64,000 nucleotides of DNA, taken from positions 32,001 through 96,000 of IMG/VR virus record IMGVR_UViG_3300031994_000044, one strand, 5' to 3'. The notes under the pieces were generated by a model. The model did no database searches. It was not told where the DNA came from and was given only the letters and a program-made list of their open reading frames with translations. Source of the DNA: a virus (lineage: Duplodnaviria; Caudoviricetes). The position numbers and the translations under genes are program-made. Below, piece by piece: positions 17,831 to 25,823 of the stretch; the stretch's first letter is position 1; every line of letters starts with the position of its first letter.

Positions 17831-18828
17831 CATGATAAGAAAAAGCTGTTGTTTTTCATTCTTATCTTATATTTAGTTAATCCAGTATACTCAACTAATT
17901 CATCTTCAAGCCGTTTTCTTCTGTCACTCATTTTACTGAAATCACCTATAAAAATTGCTCTCTTTAATTTGTTTTTCTTTGAATATTTTTCAAGAAGATT
18001 GTAAAATCTAATTGCGTCTTCGGGTGTTTTACAAAATATTAGGTCAATATGCCCATAATCTGATTTCATTACCACCTTATTCTTATATGTACAAATCATC
18101 TTGTTTTCATACTCGTCTCTAAAACCATCAAGTAATAGGTTTTGAAACACCCATAAAAATGTTTTCCTATCACTCTTCTTGTCATATCCCCATACCCAAA
18201 ACTTTTCTTCCTTGAAATATCTGAATTTATCCAAAATAATCCATCCTTCGGCATTTGTCTTATGCTCTACCAAAACACCATATTCATTTGATAACATGGA
18301 AGATTCTTTATTCTCGTTTTTTTCAATAAGAATGTATTCGTCTATTGAATTTTTCAAACGATTATTCCCATATGAATTTATTGGAAATATGATATTTTTA
18401 TTGTTTTCCTTTAATTCGTTGAATTTTTCATATGCATCTTTCACATTACGGTATTTGCCCATTAATTTGTTTTGCTTTCCGTTTTTGCAGGATATTATTT
18501 TGTATGCAAATGGCGGGAATGGAGCATATCCTCGCTTTTTGGGCGGTAATTTCTTTTTCTTTTTATATTTCTTTTTCGGCCCTGGTTTTTTTGGACGGCC
18601 AACGGGCCTTTTGTGCTTCTTTTTCTCGGCTTCACGCTCTTTGCGCTTCTTTTCCTTCTCTTTTTCTTTTTGCTTTAATTTTTCCTTTAGTTTTTTTGCC
18701 TTTTTACACCTTTTATAATATTCCTTTAGGCCCTTCTCCCTTTTTTCTTTGATAACACGCTTCCTGTACTCAGAAATCTTTCTGCGTCTCTCTCTTTCCT
18801 TTTCTGATATTTCTAAATTTTCTTCCAT
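17830..18828 (-). CDS. basic putative DNA-binding protein with AT-hook-like motif
   Basis: Lys/Arg-rich N-terminus with KRPVGRPKK; start placed at ATG 18828. Confidence 0.55.
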   Translation of the reverse strand: MEENLEISEKERERRRKISEYRKRVIKEKREKGLKEYYKRCKKAKKLKEKLKQKEKEKEKKRKEREAEKKKHKRPVGRPKKPGPKKKYKKKKKLPPKKRGYAPFPPFAYKIISCKNGKQNKLMGKYRNVKDAYEKFNELKENNKNIIFPINSYGNNRLKNSIDEYILIEKNENKESSMLSNEYGVLVEHKTNAEGWIILDKFRYFKEEKFWVWGYDKKSDRKTFLWVFQNLLLDGFRDEYENKMICTYKNKVVMKSDYGHIDLIFCKTPEDAIRFYNLLEKYSKKNKLKRAIFIGDFSKMSDRRKRLEDELVEYTGLTKYKIRMKNNSFFLS

Positions 18829-18830
18829 AT

Positions 18831-18859
18831 TTGCAATATTTAAAAAATATTTGTATATT
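18831..18859 (+). promoter_or_regulatory. putative early/middle promoter TTGCAA-N17-TATATT
   Basis: same architecture on the plus strand upstream of 18908. Confidence 0.55.
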
Positions 18860-18907
18860 TCTTTCAAAAATATAATAAAATAAATAATTTAATAAATAAA
18901 ATTTTTT

Positions 18908-19396
18908 ATGAAATACACTAAAGCAACTGATGAAACCATGGAAATGGTTAAAGACATTTCAAGCAAATTGGGGCTTGATGTTTATGGAGTGGTATTTGAA
19001 CCAATTTATGTTAAAAAAGCCAAAGAAGTATGTAAGGTTGTTAAAGCAAATGATTTTACACAATATAAAACCAATGAGGATTTATTGGTGTTTGTTGTTT
19101 GTTATGAAGATTTTTTTGAAGGTATTGACCCTATGGGCCATGCATATGCAAGTGAAACTGATAAATATAAAGCACTTAGATTGGCAATGGAACAAGTTTC
19201 TTTTAATCCTGAAAAAGATAAACTAATAATTGGATGTGATTCTGTTGTTTTACCCATAGGGTATTGTTTAGCAAACGAAGACGCTGTTAAATCTGCTTTT
19301 TACAATGCGACTATTTTGTCTAAGATACAGCAAGATAAGAAAGATGAAGAAGAACGAAGAAAAGCGCTTAAAACAAACACAAAGAAAAAGAATTAA
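18908..19396 (+). CDS. hypothetical protein
   Basis: 162 aa ORF with its own promoter-like site and terminator; weak resemblance to phage metallopeptidase-like folds but no HExxH. Confidence 0.65.
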   Translation: MKYTKATDETMEMVKDISSKLGLDVYGVVFEPIYVKKAKEVCKVVKANDFTQYKTNEDLLVFVVCYEDFFEGIDPMGHAYASETDKYKALRLAMEQVSFNPEKDKLIIGCDSVVLPIGYCLANEDAVKSAFYNATILSKIQQDKKDEEERRKALKTNTKKKN

Positions 19397-19398
19397 TT

Positions 19399-19428
19399 AA
19401 AAAAGGGTGGCGAAAATCGTCACCCTTT
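19399..19428. terminator. bidirectional terminator, family A
   Basis: AAAGGGTGGCG-AAAAT-CGTCACCCTTT between convergent genes. Confidence 0.8.
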
Positions 19429-19454
19429 GATTTTTATTAACTTTGGTGTATTGA

Positions 19455-20717
19455 TTACCATTCACCACAGTCAATTACTATTGCACTTAAATCAAGTGTT
19501 GCAGTACCGCCAGTGGTGTAATTAGCAATAACACCGCATTGTGTGGATTGAGTACCAGTTGATGAGGCACCTGTACCTGTTAACTCAAAGCCTTGTAATG
19601 CTTCATTCCACTTTGTTTTATCAGCAGTTGTTACATGGACATTGGTATCACCTATATGTTGTGTTATTGCAGTAGCAGCATCGTTCCAAGTTGTTTTGTC
19701 TGTTGTTGTTACGTGAATTGTAGTATCAGCAGTATGTGCTGTTACTGTTGTATATGCTGCATAACCTGAAGCGGCGTTAGTTCTAATCTCAGCAAGGTCT
19801 GTAATGGCATCTTGTTTACCACTCCATGTTGTTTTGTCTTCAGCTGTTACGTGGATTATGGTATTAGCAGTATGTGCTGTTAATGTATCGTTAATACCTT
19901 GTACAGTACCTGTTGTTGCATAAGTTGCACTTAATGCATCAATCTCACCATTAACATACTCTTTTGTTGCATATGTACTTAAATCAATTGTACCACCAAG
20001 TGCATCCCATCCACTACCGGTCCATGCATAATTGGTTCCCGCTGGTGTATCACCATGTGCTGCAACAACATTCCAAACGTCACCAGTTTTATTATCAGTA
20101 GATGGTAATTCTCCATAAGTGGCTTTTGAACCTTTATATGTATAAACTGTTGAAAGTGTATCATAGACATAATTTGCAATATAACCACTAACAGTATCTG
20201 TATAAGCTGTTGCATCAGTATATGCTTTAGAAGATGCTGTATTCGCATAAGTTACAGCGTTATTATATGCATTGCCAGAACCTGCATTTGCATATTCTAT
20301 TGTTGCATAATTGTATTCTTCAATCTGAGTTTTAACGTCATCTGTTGTTAAGTGTATTGTACTATCACCAGTATGTGCATACAATGCAGTTGCAATATAA
20401 CCACTAACGGTATCTGTATAACCATTTGCGTCTGTTACCGCTTCGGTATAAGCATTAGCAGAAGCACCATTTACATATTCTATGGTAGCATAAGTGCCTG
20501 TTAAGGCTTGTGTAATCATATTAGCAACAGCAGCACTTTCAATAAAAATAGCCTGTGATGCGGATTCATCATTACTACCAGTTTTAATTATCAACTGTGC
20601 GTTACCATCGGCTGAGTGTTTTACAGCAATTTCACCGATTTTCAATTCAGATAATTGGCTTGAGCCAAACTCGGTCGTACCATGATAATTAATTAATTTT
20701 TGCGATTTTCTTGCCAT
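19455..20717 (-). CDS. tail/head fibre protein with His-containing repeats
   Basis: Thr/Ala-rich; four HxxD/NxxxH(V/L)T repeats; YKGS...GDVWNV...WDALGG module; ends IDCGEW. Confidence 0.7.
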   Translation of the reverse strand: MARKSQKLINYHGTTEFGSSQLSELKIGEIAVKHSADGNAQLIIKTGSNDESASQAIFIESAAVANMITQALTGTYATIEYVNGASANAYTEAVTDANGYTDTVSGYIATALYAHTGDSTIHLTTDDVKTQIEEYNYATIEYANAGSGNAYNNAVTYANTASSKAYTDATAYTDTVSGYIANYVYDTLSTVYTYKGSKATYGELPSTDNKTGDVWNVVAAHGDTPAGTNYAWTGSGWDALGGTIDLSTYATKEYVNGEIDALSATYATTGTVQGINDTLTAHTANTIIHVTAEDKTTWSGKQDAITDLAEIRTNAASGYAAYTTVTAHTADTTIHVTTTDKTTWNDAATAITQHIGDTNVHVTTADKTKWNEALQGFELTGTGASSTGTQSTQCGVIANYTTGGTATLDLSAIVIDCGEW

Positions 20718-20755
20718 TTTTTATTCTTTTTGTTTAGTTTATTATCATTATAATT

Positions 20756-20763
20756 ATAAATAG
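20756..20763 (-). promoter_or_regulatory. putative late promoter CTATTTAT
   Basis: conserved 8-mer upstream of ATG 20717. Confidence 0.65.
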
Positions 20764-20812
20764 TGTAAATTTTAGAAAAAAAAAATTAAGACTTTTTTTT
20801 AACTTTTTAACA

Positions 20813-22024
20813 TCATTGTTTTACACCATTGATATAAAGTCCGTCTTTTTTAATTTCCAATTTTCCGCTTCCATCAGAATTTGATAATTTGATTGTTCCA
20901 TTTATTAATGAAATAAAGGACCCACTTTTATCCAAATATTTAAAACCATTATTAGCCAATGTTAAACCTTGGTTTGATTCTGTAGTTTTTAACTTGTTTT
21001 CTGAAGACAATATCCTAATATTATATGTATCCTCACCAATCCTTGAAATAATATCATAAGTTCCATCTTCATTATCAATTGTTTCTGTTTCAAGAACTGT
21101 TTCATTTTCTGCCATGGCTGATTTTCTATTTATTACGGTTTCTTGTGAATCTTCTCGTGCATTGTCGTTAAAAAGTTCAATTCCTGGAATATAACGCTCG
21201 ACTTCTTCGGCAAGTTCCATGACATTATCTGATAAGCCAATAATTCTTTGGTTTATATCAACGATTTCATTGTTTAATGAATTATTTATATCTTCAATTC
21301 TACCATTTTGGGCTGATATATCTGCTCTTAAATTGGTGATATCATCTGTATTGCGTTCAACTCTATCATTTATTGTTCTTTCAAATTCACGAATTTCAGT
21401 ACCTTCAATAAGTTCTTGCAAAGCACTTATTGGTATTTCGTTATTGATTGTGGTCATAATGTCTTCGGTAGCTTGATTGGTAATATCAGTCAATCTACGG
21501 TTAATAATATTATTGGTGTTATCGGCCAATTCCTTTTGCGCTTGTCTTACTCTGGCGTTAACATCACGGTTAAATATTTCCAATGTTTGGTTTACTGAAG
21601 CCTTAAAATTGTTTACATCACTTTTTACATCTTGGGTTGTGTCAGAAACTTCAACAACAATATAATTTTTTAATTTATCTAAAACTTCTTTGTCAATAGC
21701 ATTATTATCTTGTGGCAAAGTTGCCCCGTCCTTACCAGTTAACATTATATATGATTTATTGCTATTGTCAGGGTGATAATAATTTGAATAATCGCCTTCA
21801 ATATGTATTGAAAAATTTTCATAAATCAAATTACTTAATTGGTTAAAATAATCTTCATAAGTTGAAGCGTCCCATGTTGAAATTTCTCCGACAATTTGTT
21901 CCAAATCGCTATTGGCGGTTATTCTATTGGCTATACATGGGCCATTTGTTTTTGGAGTCCATAAATAGCCATAATCAGTATCGGTTATCTTCCAACTAAA
22001 AACTATTGTATTGTTATTTGCCAT
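20813..22024 (-). CDS. putative tail structural protein (coiled coil + beta-rich C-terminus)
   Basis: last gene of the long structural operon; heptad-rich middle; beta-repeat-like end. Confidence 0.5.
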   Translation of the reverse strand: MANNNTIVFSWKITDTDYGYLWTPKTNGPCIANRITANSDLEQIVGEISTWDASTYEDYFNQLSNLIYENFSIHIEGDYSNYYHPDNSNKSYIMLTGKDGATLPQDNNAIDKEVLDKLKNYIVVEVSDTTQDVKSDVNNFKASVNQTLEIFNRDVNARVRQAQKELADNTNNIINRRLTDITNQATEDIMTTINNEIPISALQELIEGTEIREFERTINDRVERNTDDITNLRADISAQNGRIEDINNSLNNEIVDINQRIIGLSDNVMELAEEVERYIPGIELFNDNAREDSQETVINRKSAMAENETVLETETIDNEDGTYDIISRIGEDTYNIRILSSENKLKTTESNQGLTLANNGFKYLDKSGSFISLINGTIKLSNSDGSGKLEIKKDGLYINGVKQ

Positions 22025-22030
22025 TGTAAA

Positions 22031-24952
22031 TCAATTTTCTATATTATTTTCAACAAAATATGTGGTTGAATCGCTTGTTATAACACCGTCAGCAACAACG
22101 CCGTCAGTAATTGAACCATTATTAGTCTGTATTCTATCCATTGCTGAGGCTTTTTGTGCTGGTATAACTTGTTTGCTATACAAAAACTTATAATTTAAAA
22201 TTGCTGTTGAAGGTATCATTTCATTCAAATATTTAAAAACAGTGTTTCTAAGATAATCTTCAAAAGGTTTATTATTGTCGGTTCTTATTGCTATTACTAA
22301 ATTTTTAACATTAACAACTGAAAATGCAGCAATATCAAACTCACCTTGTTCAGCATGGGGCCCGTGTTCTTCAGGATTTACAAAATTGTTATAGTTTTCA
22401 ATGTAATCAAGACTATCCATTACTTCTTCTGCTGATTTAGTGGATTTGAAAACGATTTCTGAACTATGACCATCGGTTTCTGAAGGGTAGAAATAATATG
22501 TTTTCCTGTTGTCTTCGATTAAATCACCGATTGAAAAACCTGAAGTGCAAATTGCTTCATAATCTTCGGGATATTCGGTTTTCATATAATCAAATACGCC
22601 CTCGTCAACTTGTGTACCGAAAAGATGGTTTAATTTCTCAATATAACTGTCGCCATTATCATATTTTCCATAGCCACAATGTGGATTATTTCCTTTTGTA
22701 TCTAAACTTAATGATTCAAGATATAAAACCTTTAAACCATCAAGAGTTTGTGGTTCATCCCCATTAAATTCATAATTCATAATACATTTCCATCCATAGC
22801 AAGAGTATAAATCATTGTTTACATATCCGATATGGGTTGATAATGCTGTGTTGTATAATATAAAATAATGTGAATAGTCTTTAACTTCTGCTTGGTCTAT
22901 ACTGATTACATTAATATGATAATCGGTTTCTGCCGAATATGTGGTATATACCTTTGATATATCTGTTACATAACAAATCATACCCTCATAAATGACATCA
23001 TTTGATAATGAAACCAATTCATCAACGTCATTTACATACATTATATAAGGTAATGTCTCGCCCCATAAATCAAGACAGAAATCATTATATTTATCCTTAA
23101 TTACTTTTGCTTCTGTTATGCTTAAATTTATATCTTTTTCATGGATTTTTCCCCATCCACCTTTTTCTTGGAAGTATATGTTGTCAAGATAATTTTCATT
23201 ACTATTAACCCATGGAATTAGATAGTAATCGTCTTCTGTCATTTCTTCTTTATACGGATAAGGAGAAACAACAGCAACAGGAAAGCCTTCCATATTATTC
23301 CTATTTCCAAGAGTATCTGGGTTTCCGTTTTCACCTTCATTATAATATCTAAGACGTGTCATTTCGTTATAATTTGGGAAATTGTTAGCCACACGAATGT
23401 ATTCCCTTATGGTATAATCCCCTGTACAATCTAATGTTTCGTTTAATGGGTCTCTATATCTATAACCGAACATACCCATTATTGATTGTATGCCTCGTCT
23501 TGTGCCTTTTTCCGACAAGATATAGTCCTTACTCAAGGCAAATCTTCTCATAAATTCCCCGTTTATCTCATTTACTGAAACAGGCGAAATACCACTAAAG
23601 CAATCTTCTGATGTAATATCAACAACAACACCGTCAATTTCTTCAGTTTTTTGTAATTGATTTATTGATTTTGCTTCAAAACCGCCAAGTTCAACAACAT
23701 CTGAAAGGAAATAGTCAGGAAGATTATTTGCACCGTCATAAGTTATATTGTTAACACACTTAATACCGTCGGCATATCTTTTAATATCGTCAAAAACCCT
23801 TCCATGTATCCTCAACATTGCTTTCATTCTTGAAAAATCAAGGTCTGATGCATCAATATCCTCATCAGTACTGGTTCTTTTGAATGAATAATCCAAATTC
23901 TTTATTGATTCATGGGTTAGCATTCTCCATATGTTATCAGAGTCATATTCATCATAGTATTCGGCTATATCCAAAAGCGAATTTAAATAGCCCCAAAAGA
24001 TACTGCTTGATACATCAGGAACTTCATTGATTATACAAGGCCATGTAAACGGTTTATATTCATAATAATGCTTGCCATCTTTAATATATGGGTTTTCAAG
24101 AATTGCTTTATATATGGGTTTACTTTTCTTATTCAATAAAACCCTTTCAAAATCATCAATTGTTTTCCAAAAATCGTCAAAAAATTCTTTTTTAGGCTCA
24201 ATTATAATACGACCTTCTTCACTTGCCGAATCGGTTAATAAAAATTTTTCACCTTCTGCATTAAGATAAATTGGAAAACTTTCGATGCCAACTAATTCAA
24301 ACGTACCAATTATTGTTTCAGGGCAGTCACCTTCAATATAAATTTTAATTTCAATTGAATTACCACTTGCATCAACATAATTTTCATAACTTGCTCCAAG
24401 CACCCTCAAAGGATTTTCGCCATCTTCCACAGTGCAGCCAACAGGTGACCAAAAGTCAATATTAAATTCATTTGATACGACATAGTATGTATTTCCGTTT
24501 ATTTGAACTGTCGGCGTTATTTCTTCACGGCAAACATATAAGCCGCCTGGATATCTCATGATGATATCATTTACTGTTGCTTTTAACAATTCAACAGCCG
24601 AACCGTAATAAGCAAAATCTTTTATTGATTTATAATTGTTTTTCAATATAATTTCACCATCAGTTGCCATTTGAACAACAGGAAGATTATTCAAAGTCCA
24701 TACATCGCCACTTCCATCGTCAAGTTGTGTAAAACCACCGCGTGAATGTTTTTTCTTGCCGTTGTTATACGTGTTTATCTTGAATTTAAAATTAGAATCA
24801 GAAAACAAGGCGACCTCATCATTAAAGATACCATCGTCTTTTATCAAGGTAACATGGTCATTCTCATATATGGTTCCATTAGGGACCGTCATATGTTTCG
24901 CCCTTAATGTATATATGGACCTACTTTTAACTAAATCATCTTTTCTTGACAT
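22031..24952 (-). CDS. putative baseplate wedge protein
   Basis: LPDYFLSDVVELGG and SEKGTRRGIQSIMGMFG motifs typical of gp7/P2 gpI-like wedge proteins; C-terminal MIPSTAIL. Confidence 0.6.
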   Translation of the reverse strand: MSRKDDLVKSRSIYTLRAKHMTVPNGTIYENDHVTLIKDDGIFNDEVALFSDSNFKFKINTYNNGKKKHSRGGFTQLDDGSGDVWTLNNLPVVQMATDGEIILKNNYKSIKDFAYYGSAVELLKATVNDIIMRYPGGLYVCREEITPTVQINGNTYYVVSNEFNIDFWSPVGCTVEDGENPLRVLGASYENYVDASGNSIEIKIYIEGDCPETIIGTFELVGIESFPIYLNAEGEKFLLTDSASEEGRIIIEPKKEFFDDFWKTIDDFERVLLNKKSKPIYKAILENPYIKDGKHYYEYKPFTWPCIINEVPDVSSSIFWGYLNSLLDIAEYYDEYDSDNIWRMLTHESIKNLDYSFKRTSTDEDIDASDLDFSRMKAMLRIHGRVFDDIKRYADGIKCVNNITYDGANNLPDYFLSDVVELGGFEAKSINQLQKTEEIDGVVVDITSEDCFSGISPVSVNEINGEFMRRFALSKDYILSEKGTRRGIQSIMGMFGYRYRDPLNETLDCTGDYTIREYIRVANNFPNYNEMTRLRYYNEGENGNPDTLGNRNNMEGFPVAVVSPYPYKEEMTEDDYYLIPWVNSNENYLDNIYFQEKGGWGKIHEKDINLSITEAKVIKDKYNDFCLDLWGETLPYIMYVNDVDELVSLSNDVIYEGMICYVTDISKVYTTYSAETDYHINVISIDQAEVKDYSHYFILYNTALSTHIGYVNNDLYSCYGWKCIMNYEFNGDEPQTLDGLKVLYLESLSLDTKGNNPHCGYGKYDNGDSYIEKLNHLFGTQVDEGVFDYMKTEYPEDYEAICTSGFSIGDLIEDNRKTYYFYPSETDGHSSEIVFKSTKSAEEVMDSLDYIENYNNFVNPEEHGPHAEQGEFDIAAFSVVNVKNLVIAIRTDNNKPFEDYLRNTVFKYLNEMIPSTAILNYKFLYSKQVIPAQKASAMDRIQTNNGSITDGVVADGVITSDSTTYFVENNIEN

Positions 24953-24968
24953 ATTCTAATTTTTAATT

Positions 24969-25823
24969 TTAAATTATATTATCATAATCTTGACCATGGT
25001 CAATGTTGTTTCTCTTTTTCTTGATGTTATATAATGGATTACCCAATCTATCCTTAAGTACATAGTATTCGGCCTGATGATAAATCTCATGGTTTTCATT
25101 GTAAGTTGTTATGATACCATTATCTCTGTCATTTGCTTGGTCACCTTCCAACATATATGAAATCGTATCCTCATCGTGGTCAACTAACTCAATTTCAATC
25201 AATTTGGGACTAAATTTTGTATTAACAACTTTTACTTCAAGTCCAGGTTCACCAATATAAGGTATTGCATTTGGTTTAAATGTAGGGGCTGAAGACGGAC
25301 TAATTGTACAAAAAACAAGATTACTGCTTGTATCAGTAAAATTATATCTTGTCGTTTTTGGATAACCGTCTCCTGTATTAACTACAACAGGTTCACACCT
25401 ATTGCAAGATTTTATCAGCCTTGAGATACCATTGCCATAATCAATACGATAGCCAGTCAAATCAGTTAAACCGTTTAATTCGCCTTCACTAATATTTAAA
25501 ACAACACCCTTAACTGATGGATATGCTGCTAAAACGCTGACATCTATGATTTTGGCTGCACATTCCTTTGGTTTAATATAAACGCTATATATACCCTTTT
25601 TGTTAAAATATTTTAAAGGTAATTTTAAATTATAAAGTCCAATTACAGTTTCTTCATCTTCATTAACACAATGAGATAAGCATTCGCTTGGTATAAGGTC
25701 TTTATAGCCAAGGAAATCATCATCGCTTTCTCCCCTTGTCGGTTTATATTGATAACACATTGTGACATCAATATCCGGATTTATATCAGCAGGTCTTATT
25801 GACCCAAAAACTCCTGTACTCAT
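24969..25823 (-). CDS. putative baseplate/tail structural protein
   Basis: 284 aa ORF tightly packed in the structural operon. Confidence 0.55.
   Translation of the reverse strand: MSTGVFGSIRPADINPDIDVTMCYQYKPTRGESDDDFLGYKDLIPSECLSHCVNEDEETVIGLYNLKLPLKYFNKKGIYSVYIKPKECAAKIIDVSVLAAYPSVKGVVLNISEGELNGLTDLTGYRIDYGNGISRLIKSCNRCEPVVVNTGDGYPKTTRYNFTDTSSNLVFCTISPSSAPTFKPNAIPYIGEPGLEVKVVNTKFSPKLIEIELVDHDEDTISYMLEGDQANDRDNGIITTYNENHEIYHQAEYYVLKDRLGNPLYNIKKKRNNIDHGQDYDNII

Noticed and set aside
17761-20000. DGR template repeat or reverse transcriptase beside the lectin gene
   Set aside because: No adenine-rich copy of the variable region and no RT motifs in any ORF
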